From assembly GCF_009914755.1 (NCBI RefSeq), contig NC_060929.1: 64,000 nucleotides of DNA; one strand, 5' to 3'. The stretch comes from the human T2T-CHM13v2.0 reference genome, Homo sapiens. Shown in pieces: positions 13,270 through 28,553 of this stretch (the stretch's first letter is position 1; every line of letters begins with the position of its first letter). The notes under the pieces are model-generated. The model made no database searches and had not been told where the DNA came from. It was given only the letters and a program-made list of their open reading frames with translations. Both the position numbers and the translations under genes were made by a program.

Positions 13270-15220
13270 TACAGCATAAACTTCAAAACTCCAGAAAAGC
13301 ACAAAAGTTTTTGTACTTCTGGGTTGGGTCAAGACAGAATAACAAGAAATCATATTTTGCCTACTACCTGAAAAAAAGGAGAAAAAACAGACCAAATATA
13401 TGAAGCAATGGTTTTTATCATATAGATCATCAAGTAACAAAGGATAGTGACCTCAAGCTAATAGGATTAATCCTAAAATTGTTTCAACTTATCACCTAAA
13501 AAAGAGTTTCCAGGCCCCAGTCTATGGTAGGGGAACCCAAGTGAAGCCTATAAGTTCAAGAGATAAGAACAACTGAGAATCCAGGGTGGCCCAGGTGAAA
13601 CAAGTTCAGAAAGCAATGTTCCAAAGAGAAAAAGCCTGTATAAAAAGATAACTGCAGATATCTCAAGAGGGTCTCCTTCAAGGCATCAGCTAAATAATGA
13701 GTAGTGTACGAATAGCAGGAAACTACCCATTACTAAATAAAGAACCACATGAATAATTGGAACAATTACAGAAGATCTCACACAAGATTAGAAATATTTC
13801 ATCTTCTTAAACAACATAGTTGAAAACCTCATAATTCACACATGAAAAATCTCATAACTCAAGATCCAAATCACTCTCAGAGATGAAGATGACAACACCG
13901 AAGGTTAAAAATAGTTAAAAATAAAGATTAAGGGTAGATAGATAAAATTAGTAAGTTTGAAGACATAGCAATAGAAATTATCCAAATGAAGCTCACAAAA
14001 TAAAAAAGGAATTTAAAAGTAAGAGCACCAATAACTTGCAAGATAACTTTTAATGGCACAATATACATGTGATCTAAGTTCCTGAAGAAAAGAGAAGGGT
14101 AATGAAAACTTCTGGAAAAAAATTAAAATTTAAAAAGTATTTTATTTCTTCAAAAATGTGTGGGTTTTTGTTTATTTTTAAATAAAGTTTATTTTGTGTA
14201 TTTAAGATATACAACATTTATGTTATGGGATACATACCAATAGTAATAAAGTTACTATGGTGAAGTAAATTAATATATCTATCAACTTTCCCTTTTTTGG
14301 TTGTTATTTTTGTGGCAAGAGTAGCTAAAATCTACTCATATAGCATTAATCTGAAATACAGTATAATTTTATTATCTATCATCCTCATGCTTTACATTAG
14401 GTCTCCAGACTTGTTCATCTTACATAACTGGTTGTACCTTCTGATTATATCACACCATTTCTCCCCCAAGGAACCCTCCACAGCTGATAGCCACTATTTT
14501 GTTCTCTAATTCTATAGATTTGATTTTTTTTTAGATTCCACATATAAATGAATTCATGCAGTATTTTTCTTTCTGTGCCTGACTTATTTTACTTATCATA
14601 TGTGACCTATAAATGCACAGATTCAAGAAGTTCAATGAAACAGTGTATTCAATATAAATAATAATTACAAGGTGCATTATAAAGTATTTAAAACCAATGA
14701 TAGAGTAGAATCTTAAAAACCACCAGAGAAAGGAGATATTATATTCTGAAGAACAAAGGTAAGGATGACAACAGAGTTCTTGGAAACAAACCGGAACATA
14801 CTGGAGAAACATCTTTAAAATCATGAAAAAGCAGAAAAAAAAAGAAACTATCAATCTAACATTCTAGAACAAGTGAAAATATCTTTCTAACTGAAGACTA
14901 ATTAAAAGCTTTCAGACGTACAAAAACTAAAATAATTAATTCCCAGAAGATCTGCATTGTAAGAAATGTTGAATAGAGCTCTTTAGGCAAAAGAAAAATG
15001 ATACTAGATTTTGTAACTATTTGAAAAAATGCAAATTTTGTAAATTTTCGTGATTTATATCAATTTAAAAGCTAATTTGTTATTTAAAAAAATCTATGCA
15101 TTATGAGGTTTATAAAATATGTAAAAGTAAATTGTATGATAACTTTAGCACAGAAGCCAGAATTAGAAAAATAGGAGTATATACAGTAAGGTTTTTATGC
15201 AATAATGGCATATCACTTGT
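13270..15220 (+). mobile_element. Ancient L1M 5'UTR/ORF1 region (L1MC/MD-type)
   Basis: A-rich ORF1-like remnants ('gacatagcaatagaaattatccaaatgaag', 'agattcaagaagttcaatgaa', 'aagtgaaaatatctttc'). Confidence 0.65.
14170..14600 (-). mobile_element. L1MA-type 3' end inserted antisense into the older L1
   Basis: T-rich tail followed by 'tatttaagatatacaaca...ttacattaggtctccagacttgttcatct...tttagattccacatataaatga'. Confidence 0.7.
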
Positions 15221-15500
15221 AACTAGAATGTGCTACTGTCAAAAAGTTAAGGAGCTTCTGCCAAAGCATAGACTAATGCATTGCCTTCATCACTGAAATT
15301 GTTGATATTAATAAAAAGTCTACTGAATTAAGTAAGTGATGTAGTCAACTTATATTATGAATCAAATTCATTATCTCTTCACATGCTAGCATTTTGAATA
15401 TCAGTGTACTAATTAAGAGAAGAAATTTTAAATAAATATCATTGAAATGTTCTAGGAAGTAAAGAAAAATATGCAAAATGTCAGTAGATAATTGGAATAA

Positions 15501-15660
15501 CAGCAGTCCTTATTTTGCATGCCACTGTGCTAACTGCAACTTGCGTAAATCAAAACCATGTCCTTGCTTTGCAAGATTTCAATGACTGAAGAGCTGTGCA
15601 GAACAAAGACAGTTCTGATATGCAAGAATTTCAGTTAACTAGGCTAACATGCACTGTTTG
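15501..15660. mobile_element. Short palindromic Tigger-like MITE remnant
   Basis: Starts cagcagtcct. Imperfect inverted arms at about 15529-15556 and 15612-15639. Family is uncertain. Confidence 0.45.
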
Positions 15661-15664
15661 CATA

Positions 15665-17300
15665 TAAAAAGGAGTCAAATGGAAATTCTAAAAGTGAACA
15701 ATCTAATACATAAAATTATAAACTCAATAGGTGAGTACAGAAATAGAATAGGCAACACATGATAGGGCTACTGAAATAAAAGACAAGTCAACAGAAAAAA
15801 AAAATCCAAACTGAGAAAAAAAGAGTAGAATACATGAAAAACAGCACATGAGACATGTACAACATAGTAAAAGATCTCACATGTTTAGTTGCAATTACAG
15901 AAAAGATGAGAGAATTAAACAGCAAAATTAGAGAGTGATGAAGAAGTTTCCACAATGGTTGAACAATCCCAACTCAAGCATTCAAGAAGTTTTATGGATC
16001 CCAATCAGATAAATACAAAGAAGAACACAGGTAGGCACATCTTACAAGAGTATTTTTCAAACTTTACTCTCTTAAAAGTATTGAAGGCCCCAAAGTGTTT
16101 ATGTAAAACTACATATGTGCTAATATAAAGATAAATAATTATTAACCTAATTAAATAATTTATATCCATATTCAAGGTATTAGAAATCAAAACTATGAAA
16201 TATACAAAACATGTACTAAATTCATTTAATAAATAACAAAAATGCCTCTATTGTTATTATAATGCCTCTATTATTTTAATGTACATATATTGACACAACT
16301 ATATTTTCAAAACAACTATATTTTCTGAAATGAAATATAGTGAGAAGAGTGACATTGCTTCATATTTTAGCAAATATATTTTATATCTGGTTTGCTAGAA
16401 GAGAGTTGCATTATCATATCTGCTTCTGAATTTAATCTCCTATGATATATTTTTTCGATAGAAGTATATAAAGAAAATCTGGGCTCCAATATTTATGTAG
16501 TTAGAAAATGGAGGGGTATTTGGATTATGACTTGTTTTCAGATAACTGGGGATATTTTTATTTGATATAGACCAACATCAATTTGGTAAAATGTAGTAGT
16601 TTTCAAAAGATAGTTGTAATATGGAATGTGAAAGAATATCACCAAACTTTTTGTACTCTGTTACATTAAAATTTGTTTACTTGGTCTTTGAATGGACCTT
16701 ATATGCATGAATCATCTTGTAATATCAATCTTTGGTCACTTTGGAATAACTGCTAAAAACAAAAGACAAAGAAAGAACCTTAAAAACAGTCAGAGGAAAC
16801 CTTCATTGTAGAAATAATATGGAAGAAAACAGAAAATGGATTGGTGTCTTTAAGGTGTCTAAAGAAAAAGTAAAGCATATTCTTCGGAAGTAAAACGATT
16901 TCAGATAAAAATATGAAAATGAATGAAGGACTAAAGAACAATGGGATGCTTAAATATACGGATAAATATAAATGAACGGTAACTATATAAAATAGTGATA
17001 GATATGTTTTGCATGGCCTCAAATATATGTAAATCAAAATACATGGCAATACTGAAAGAAAAGAATTGAGTACAGCCCATGGGGATAAAGTATTTTAAGT
17101 TTGTAGCGTTGTTGGAAAGGGGAAAGAGTAATACTTGCATTACATTTTTATTACTCTCATAATTTGTATAACTTTCATAATGTAAGGATTCACATATAAT
17201 CTCAAGGGTAACCACTAAACAAAAAGGAAAACAGTGAAGTGATATAAAATTGATTTAGTTCAAAGAAAGTAGAAAAAAACTCTTCAGACATGGATGTAAA
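15665..17300 (+). mobile_element. L1ME-type ORF1 remnants split by a Charlie element
   Basis: 'caaatggaaattctaaaagtgaac', 'attcaagaag...ggatcccaatcagataaatacaaagaa', resuming at about 16750 with 'ctgctaaaaacaaaagacaaagaaagaaccttaaaa'. Confidence 0.6.
16047..16750. mobile_element. hAT Charlie1-family DNA transposon fragment
   Basis: 'tttactctcttaaaagtattgaaggccccaaag', 'tagtgagaagagtgacattg', 'catatctgcttctgaatttaatct' match recalled Charlie1a/b. Confidence 0.7.
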
Positions 17301-18419
17301 ATAAAATAAAACTTATTGTAAGAGGATCAATGTAAATGCAAATGCAAATGAACAAAATAATGTTTTATATATGAAATTGGAGTTATGGGTCCTCTATCAA
17401 ATAAATAATAGTCTTTTATTATTTTTAGTCATTTGTGTCATTTTTTAGATAACCAGTTTGGATCTTTCTTATTAGACACATCAGAATAATACCAAGTTAT
17501 TTATAACAAATAAAATATTTAAAGCACCATGCTAGGTAATTGGAGAAATAATGCATATAGAAAAATAACTTTAATACAAGACAGAATATATTAGACTCAG
17601 TTCTCATCACTGTTTTTTTTTTTTTTCTATATCCTACTTGAGACCAATGGCATCCTATACAAAAAAAGCTGGCGAGATTAAATGTACTATCTTGCTTTGA
17701 GCCAGAGTTTTTTGTTGTTGTTGTTGTTTTCCAACAAATGCTTCGGTCAATTTGGAAGCTGAAATTTTAACCTCTAAAAATGTCTTCAAATTAATTAAAT
17801 GAACTAATTAAATTAATGTTCACTCCAGGTGAGCCTCAAATTCTGCTGCAAAGCCTAAACACTTTCATAAGCTTTCTTTCCTTTTGTTACTTTTTCACCT
17901 TTATTTATTGTCATATATATCAATAGTTAACTCCTTACTCATTCTGATTATGTTATCCTTTCTCTGGAACTAAATCTGAAATGACATATGGTAAGTCAAA
18001 TTTTCAATTTCAGTTGCAAAGTTCTTCGCAGGAACTTTAAAAAACCACATGAAACTTTCAGAGTAAATTAGAATCAAGAAAAACTTCACCAAAACTGATA
18101 CTAGTAAAAAAAGAAACCACTTATAAAGCTATCTTTCTAGAATAACACTATATATATGTGGACAAAGATATTTTCTTATTTTACAAGGACTACATAATAC
18201 TTTATGCAATTGCCCTCACATTTGGCAATATCAATAAATTCTCAAATAAATTTTAAATGTCTTTATCATGACATTTATTATTACTAATAATGAGCCAATA
18301 TTTATTAAGAATTGTTTATCTGTCAAAAACCACAAAACACTTTTTATTATTATATTTATGAACACTTTTATATTTATATTTATATAATATATTTATAAAT
18401 ACTTTTATATTATTATATT

Positions 18420-18555
18420 TCTATGACTCTAAGGAAGATTTCATTATTGTCATCAATTTGTAGATCAAGAAACTAGGGTATAAACACACTAAGAATATAA
18501 TTTAGGCTTTTTAATGTGTACTAGAGTGAAATTTGAACTTGAACAGTCTGAGTGT
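18420..18555 (-). mobile_element. MIR fragment
   Basis: Antisense MIR core 'attattgtcatcaatttgtagatcaagaaactaggg...aatttgaact'. Confidence 0.45.
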
Positions 18556-18798
18556 TTGATGGAGATGATTTTATCTGTCAGTCAAATACTTAAATTATGA
18601 TGAACAACAAATTTGGGAGCCAGAAAATAGCATTAGAAATTATCAAATAAAGAGATTTTTTCATGAGAAGATGTGGTTTGTCTAAAATAAAAGCCAAATT
18701 GTTACTAAGTGTAATAGGAATTCACTAAATAGAATAACAAGATTGAAAATACATAAAATTTTATTTTTCAATAAAAAGCAAGGAAATAAATTTTATAG

Positions 18799-19151
<353 letters not shown>

Positions 19152-19499
19152 TAGTAAATATTTTTGTGTTCACTGGTTTTGAAGGTACAGCTGAAGAAAG
19201 CTTTTGATATATCACTGGTTAGGCATGCAATGCATTTGTCATGTTAAAAATAAGAATAAATAAAAACATAAATTCCCAGGAATAAGTTAAAAGACAAGAA
19301 AAACCCTCAATCAGTGCAAATCCTAGAATACATGAAAATAAGTCAGGAAAGGAGTCTAGGAATTAGAAATTACAGTAAACTTGGAAATCCAGCTACAGCT
19401 TCAGGCGTTTCTGACACATCTAATAATCATCATGATCATGAAAATAGTTATACATATAAATACTATTACTATGGATGCCTATTAGTAAACCCAATGTAT

Positions 19500-19625
19500 T
19501 GCAGTGTAAGACTATAGATTCTTAAGTTTCGAGGACTCCAATATGAATGAAGCTCTAACATGTATTATTTCTGTGGCATTGTCCAAGTCAATTTACTTTT
19601 CTCATCTCAATTTTCTAATTCTTTT
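19500..19625 (+). mobile_element. MIR fragment
   Basis: 'ctgtggcattgtccaagtcaatttacttttctcatctcaatttt' resembles the MIR core. Confidence 0.45.
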
Positions 19626-21100
19626 TCTTTTCACTTTCCTGATTCTTGAAAGTGTCAACCAAGAAGTCCAAATGCTCAAGTGGCTTGTCTAATAAGCTCT
19701 GCTAGAACAACACATGATTTGTTTTGTAAGCATTCACAGTTAACTCACTGTCTTCTTGATCTCAGCCTAACATAAAAGGAAGAAAAGTTGAGTGGTAATT
19801 TTTAAAGGTACTCTATAAAATTGTGTTTATATTACTGAAAAAGTGAACCAATACATAACAACACGTCACAAGGCCCATTGTTGAGACAATTTTTCTGAAT
19901 CAGAAAAGAAAGAAATCTACTTAAAATGGCAACAAATCCTCTACTCTTCCCTCTCCAAAAATCTGTTTTTCTCCATTTTCTTCTCTTCTGCTTGAGAGTG
20001 CAGGAGGAGAATCATGTTTTATCTTGTTTTGTGTTTTTCTTTGTTTGTCTTTAAACATCTGCAGAGTGTTTAAAGACACACACAAAAAAATCACAGGATA
20101 TAGATAACAAGACATTGATCTGGTTCCATTTCTGAAACTAGAAAATGTGCCTTTTGCCTGATCAAATGCACTACCTACGAATATAAAAGAGAATAAGAAA
20201 TACACAGTGATTCCTACCAACTCTGACTCCAAATGATTTAACAGACAAAAAGTATTTTAAAATTCATACCACTTGGAGATTTCTTAATCTGAAGTTTTTA
20301 TATTATAAATAAAAAATTGAGCCCCTCAAAGATTAAGCAATAACTGCATAGAGGTTACAGCTTCTGAGTGGCTAGTGAGAAATCTGGATTACAGCTTTTG
20401 GGTAGAAAGACTGGAAGTGGATTTCCTGAGCTCCAGTTAATAATTTTTTCTTTTTACCTGTGTATATCTGAATTACTAATGATAGAAACATGTTACAGGC
20501 TCATTTTCAAAATAACTCAAATATACATGTATATGTGTCTATGTGTGAACCGCACAATACCATAATTTCTAAGTTGGACATTTTGGCATTCTAAATCTCC
20601 ACCATTATTTGAATTCATGAATGGAAAGAAAATTATTATGCATAAAAAAACTACCTAATATGTATTTATTAAATGAATGAAGGCACTGTGTATTTGTCTG
20701 TCTCCTCAGTGTTCATGTTCCTTGATAAATTATGAAAATATCTGTTGGTACTTCAGAATTATTTAACTTCAAAATAGAATAATTTCAAATGATTATATAT
20801 AAAATAATATCTATCTATCCACAGAGAATATCTATAGAATGAGGTGTGATACAGGATTCTGGAATAGAATCAAGAAAAGTGAATTTTATTAACAGTTTTT
20901 CTGTTGATGACGGGCTATCAACTTAACTTCACTCTTCCTTAGTATCATCACTTGTGTGATAAATAATACAAGATTGAATATTATCTAGATATACTAATAA
21001 ATTTTATAATACATTTCATATCAGAACATTGTAGAAAAAATTATCTTAGAATAATTATAAATTCGCCATTAACGTCATAGTTTAAAGTTGGAAAAAGCAT

Positions 21101-21465
21101 TGTCTTTGGTCTGTTCAAACTGCTGAAACAAAATATCATAAGCTAGGTGGCTTATAAACAACAGAAATTTATTTTTTATATTTCTGGAGGTTGAGAAATC
21201 CAAGATCAAGGCACTGATAGGCTGGGGTCTGGTGAGGGCCTGCTTCCTAGTTCATAGACTGTGCTCTTCTTACTATCACCTTACATGGCAGAAGTGGTGA
21301 GAGAGATCTCTGTGACCTCTTTTATAAGGGCACTGATTCCATTCATGAAGCTCTGGCCTCATAACCTAATGACCTTTCAAAGACCCCACCTCCTAATACC
21401 ATTACACTGGGTGTTAGGTTTCAGCATAAGAATTTGGGAAGAACACAGACAGTTTGCAGTAAGCA
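21101..21465 (-). mobile_element. MLT1A0-like MaLR solo LTR
   Basis: 'ggtggcttataaacaacagaaattta', 'tcttttataagggcactgattccattcatga', 'ccccacctcctaataccat'. No clear TSD. Confidence 0.8.
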
Positions 21466-22765
21466 CAGACTACGTGTTTAAATCTAAAATAAGACAGACC
21501 CTTTGAAGGAAGCAGACTGTTCCTACAGGACCTGGGAGACACCCCAAATACTGTGAGTGCCCCAACTGCAGAAGTCAGAAATGGAGATCCTCCGCTCCTG
21601 AACACACACCTCCACTGGGGAAATGGAAGGTCTGCTTGCAGGAGAAGTTTCTGACCTTACCTGGAGCTAAGTGAATTTAGAGAGCTGAGTGAAATACAAG
21701 AGTAGAGGAAGCAGCAGGAAAGGCCCTGGGAGCTCGCTGGGTCCCAAGAAGGCCATTCCTGCCTGGCACAACAGGGATCCATCAGGAGGGTGACCAGAGG
21801 CCCAGAGGAAAATGCCACAGGGAGAAAGAAGTTTCCCGGTGAACTTGGCAACAATTTGAACCAAGCCTCCTGGCCAGAACACAGAGGAGGTGTGCACCGC
21901 GAATCCGGTGTGCAGATTCCATGGGTGGAGGAAGAACCAAGACCTTTTCTTTTGCAGCTGGGAGGTGGATAGCCTCGGGCAAATTCTCAATGCCTGCTAG
22001 CTCACTGCCTGGAACAGATTCAGGGCTGTTGGTGGGGGCACACTGGGAGTGAGACCAGATCTTCGGATTGCGTGGGAGCTGGGTGAGGCCTGTGACTGCC
22101 GGCTTTCCCCTACTTCCCTGAAAACCTGCATGACTCAGCAGAGGCAGTCATAATCCTCCTAGATACACAACTCCATTGGCCTGGGAACCTCACTCCCATT
22201 CCCCACAGCAGCCACAGCAAGACCCACCCAAGGAGAGTCTGAGCTCAGACACACCTAGCCCTGCCCCCACCTGATGGACCTTCCCTATCCACCCTGGTAG
22301 CTGAAGACAAAAGGCATATACTCCTGGGTATTCTAGGGCCCCTCCCATTGCTGGTTCCTTCCATACTACCACAGCTGATGTTCTCTGGAAAGCACCACCT
22401 TCCAGCAGGAGGCCAACCAGCACAAAAATAGAACGCTGAACCACCAAAGCTAAGAACCCTCACAGAGTCAATTTCGCCCCCTGCCACCTCCACTGGAACA
22501 GGTGCTGTTATCCATGGCTGAGAGACCCATGGACAGTTCACATCACAGGACTCTGTACAGACAACTCCCAGACCATTCTGGAGCCAGGAAGTCTTGCTAG
22601 GTGTCCAGACTCAGAAGAGAGTTAACAATCACTGCAGCTTGGCTCACAAGCAGCCACGTCCATGGGAAAAGGGAGAGTACTACATGAAGGGAACACCCTG
22701 TGGGACCAAATAATCTGAACAATAGCCTTCAGCCCTAGACCTTCCCTCTGACAGAGCCTACCCAA

Positions 22766-24050
<1,285 letters not shown>

Positions 24051-24107
24051 AAACACATCAAAATAGAACCTCTTTAAAGAATAAATCACAAGGACCTATA
24101 AAACAAA

Positions 24108-27100
24108 AACACTGGCACTCCCAGATTTATAAAACAATTACTAACACACCTAAGAAATTAGATAGGCAGCAACACAATAATAGTGATGGACTTCAATACT
24201 CCACTGATAGCACTAGACTGATCATCAAGAAAAAACTTCGAAAAAGAAACAATGGATTTAAACTATATCTTGGAACAAATGGATTTAAAAGATATACACA
24301 GAACATTTCATCCAATAACCACAGAATACACATTCTATTCCACAGCGCATGGAACATTCTCCAAGACAGACCATATTATAGGCCATAAAATGATCCTCAA
24401 TAAACTTAAGAAAATTGAAATTATATCAAGCACTCTCTCTCAGACCACAGTAGAAAAACACTGGAAATCAACTCCAAAAGGAACCTTCAAAACCATGAAA
24501 ATACATGGAAATTAAACAACCTGCTCCTGAATGAGCATTGCGTCAAAAATGACATCAAGATGGAAATTAAAAAACTTTTAGAACTGAATGACAATATTGA
24601 CACAAACTATCAAAACCTCTGGATACATCAAAGATGGTGCTAAGAGGAAAGTTCATCGTCCTAAACACCTACATCAAAAAGACTGAAAGGGCACAAATTC
24701 ACATTCTAAGGTCACACCTCAAAGAGCTAGAGAAATAAGAACAAACCAAACCCAAACCCAGCAGAAGAAAAGAAATAACAAAGATCAGAGCAGAACTAAA
24801 TGAAACTGAACAACAAGAACAACAAGATACAAAAGATAAATGAAACAAAAAGCTAGTTATTTGAAAAGATTGATAAAATTGATAAACCATTAGCAAGATT
24901 AACTAAGAAAAGAAGGGAGAAAATCCAAATAACCTCACTAAGAAACATAACAGGATATATTACAACTGACACCACTGAAATACAGCAGATCATTCAAGGC
25001 TACTATGAACACCTTTACACATATAAACTAGGAAACCTAGAGGAGATGGATAAATTCCTAGAAAAATACAACCCTCCTAGCTTAAATCAGGAAGAATAAG
25101 ATACCCTGAACAAACTAATAACAAGCAGCAAGACTGAAATGGTAATTTAAAAATTGCTAACAAATAAAAGTCCAGGACCAGATGGATTCACAGCAGAATT
25201 CTACAAGAAATTCACAGAAGAATTGGTAGCAATCCTTTTGACACTCTTCCACAATATAGAGAAAGAGAGAACCCTCACTAATTCATTCTAGGCAGCCAGC
25301 GTCACCCTAATAGCAAAACCAGGAAAGGACATAACCAAAAAAGAAAACAACAGACCAATATACCTGATGAAAATAGATGCTAAAATCCTTATCAAAATAC
25401 TATCTAACTGAATTTAACAACATATCAAAATGATAATCCACCATGATCAAGTAGGTTTCATACCAAGGATGCAGGGTTGGTTTAACATACACAAATAAAT
25501 AAATGTGATACACCACATAAACAGATTTAAAAACAAAAATCACATGATATCTCAGCATCCCTGTAGGATTTAAACTCTCAGCAAAATCGGCATACAAGGG
25601 ACATACCTCAATGTAATAAAATCCATCAATGACAAACCCACATCCAACATAATACTCAGTGGGGAAAAGTTGAAAGCATTCCTTCTGAGAACTGGAACAA
25701 GACAAGGATGCCCACTCTCACCACTCCTCTTCAACATAGTACTGGAAGTCCTAGCCAGAGCAATCAGACAAGAAAAAGAAATAAAGGGCATCCAAATTAG
25801 TAAAGAGGAAGTCAAACTGTCACTGTTTTCTGACAATATGATCATTTACCTTGAAAACCCTAAAGACTCCTCCAGAAAGCTCTTAAAAGTGATAAAAGAA
25901 TTCAGCAAAGTTTCTGGATACAAGATTAGTGTTCACAAATCAGTAGCTCTTCTATACAGCAACAGCATCCAAGTGGAAAATCAGATCAAGAACTCAACCT
26001 CTTTTATGACACCTGCAAAAAAATTTAAATAAAATACTTAGAAATATACCTAATCAAGAAGGTGAAAGACCACTACAAGAAAAACTACAAAACACTGCAG
26101 AATTAAATCATAGACAACACAAGCAAATGGAAACACATCTCAGCTCATGGATGGGTAGAATCAATATTGCGAAAATGACTACAGTGCCAAAAGCAATCTA
26201 CAAATTCAATGCAATCCCCATCAAAATACCATCATCATTCTTCACAAAATTAGAAAAAAAAATCTAAAATCCATATGTAACCAAAAAAGAGCCCACATAG
26301 CCAAAACAAGACTAAGCAAAAAGAACAAACATGGAGACATCACACTACCTGATTTCAAACTATAATGCCATAGTCACCAAAACAGCATGGTACTTGAATA
26401 AAAATAGGCACAAAAATCAATGGAACAGAATAGAGAACCAGATATAAGCCCAAAAACTTACAGCCAACTGATCTTCCACAAAACAAACAAAAATATAAAG
26501 AAGGGAAAGAACACCCTTTTCAACAAATGGTGCTGGGATAATTGGCTAGCCACATATAGGAGAATGAAACTGGATCCTCATCTCTCACCTTATACAAAAA
26601 TCAACTCAAGATGGATTAAGGTCTGAAATCTAAGACCTGAAAATATAAAAATTCTATAAGATAACATTGGAAAAACCCTTCTAGACATTGGCTTAGGCAA
26701 GGATTTTACGACCAAGGACCCAATACCAAATGCAATAAAAACAAAGATAAATAGTTGGAACTTAATTAAACGAAAGAGGTTTTACACAGCAAAAGGAACA
26801 GTCAGCTGAGTAAACAGACAACCCACAGATTGGGAGAAAATCTTCACAATCTGTACATCTGACAAAGGACTAATATTCAGAATCTACAACAAACTTAAAC
26901 CAATCAGTAAGAAAAAAAATAAACAGTCCCAACAAAACGTAGGCCAAGGACATGAATAGATAATTATCAAAATAAGATATGCAAAAGGTCAACAGACATA
27001 TCAAAAAATGCTCAACATCACTAATGATCAGGGAAATGCACAACCATAATAGGATACCACCTTACTCCTGCAAGAATGTCCATAATCAAAAAACTAAAAA

Positions 27101-28553
27101 ACAGTAGATGTTGGCTTGAATGCGGTGATCAGGGAACACTTCTACACTGCTGTGGGCATGTAAACTAGTACAGCCACTATGTAAAACAGTGTGGAGATTT
27201 CTTAAAGAACTAAAAGTAGAACAACCATTTGATTCAGCAATCCTAATATTAGGTTATCAGAGAAACCCGCCCCCAATATTTCAACGTAGGTTCTTTCTAT
27301 TTTCCATAACTGTCGGCTGGCTGAGAAATAAAGAGAAAGAGTACAAAGAGAGGAATTTTACAGCTGGGCCGCTGGGGGTGACATCACATATTGGTAGGAC
27401 CGTGATGCCCACCTGAGGCTCAAACTGGCAAGTTTTTTATTAAGGGTTTCGAAAGGGGAGGGGGTGTCAAACAGGGAGTAGGTACAAAGATCACATGCTT
27501 CAAAGGGCAAAAAGCAGAACAAAGATCACATGCTTCTGAGCGAACAGGACAAAAGCAAAGCAGAACTACTGACAAGGGTCTATGTTCAGCTGTGCACATA
27601 TTGTCTTAATAAACATCTTAAACAACAGAAAACAAGGGTTGAGAGCAGAGAACCAGTCTGACCACAAATTTACCAGGGAGGAGTTTTCCCCACCCTAGTA
27701 AGCCTGAGGGTACTGCAGGAGACTAGGGTGTATTTCAGTCCTTATCTCAACCGTATAAGACAGACACTCCCAGAGCAGCCATTTATAGACCTCCCCACAA
27801 GAATGCATTCCTTTCCCATGGTATTAATATTAATACCCCTTGCTAGGAAAAGCATTTAGCTGTATCTCTACTACTTGAACGTCCATTTATAGACTCTCTG
27901 CAAGAAGAAAAATATGGCTCTTTTTGCCCGACCCCACAGGCCGTCAGACCTTATGGTTGTCTTCCCTTGTTCCCTAAAAATCACTGTTATTCTGTTCTTT
28001 TTCAAGGTACACTGATTTCATATTGTTCAAACACACATGTTTTACAGTCAATTTGTACAGTTAACACAATTATCATAGTGGTCCTGAGGTGATGTACATT
28101 CTCAGCTTATGAAGATAACAGGATTTGGAGATTAAAGTAAAGAGAGGCATAAGAAATTGTAGAAGTATTATTTGGGAACTGATAAATGTCCATGAAATTT
28201 TCACAACTCATGTTCCTCTGCCGTGGCTCCAGCTGGTCCTTCTGCTCAGGGTCCCTGCTTCCCAGAACATTCGGTATCTACCCAAAGTAAACGAAGTCAT
28301 TATACAAAAACAATACTTGCACGTGCATGTTTATAGCAGCACAATTCACAATTGCAAAATGGTGGAACTAACTCAAATGCCCACCAAACAATGAATGGAT
28401 AAACAAACAATAGGATACTACTCAGCCATTAAAAGGAAAGAATTAACGGCATTTGCAGTGACCTGGATGAGATTGGAGGCTATTATTCTAAGTGAAGTAA
28501 CTCAAGAATGGAAAACCAAACACTGTATGTTCTCACTGATATGTGGGAGCCAA
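24108..28553 (+). pseudogene. Disrupted L1 ORF2 (endonuclease/reverse transcriptase)
   Basis: ORF-track peptides are clear L1 ORF2 pieces: 'YTFYSTAHGTFSKTDH', '[35 protein letters not shown]', '[12 protein letters not shown]', 'WMRLEAIILSEV'. Many stops and frameshifts; FADD has become FSDN. Confidence 0.9.
27255..28269 (-). mobile_element. MER11 (HERV-K HML-8/HERVK11) solo LTR nested in L1PB ORF2
   Basis: Reverse complement starts tgttctgggaagcagggacc. 6-bp TSD ttaggt (27249-27254) / ttcggt (28270-28275). L1 sequence resumes seamlessly after it. Confidence 0.92.

Noticed and set aside
18340-18420. AT-rich imperfect repeats
   Set aside because: Low-complexity slippage with no constant repeat-spacer structure. 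Not CRISPR-like.
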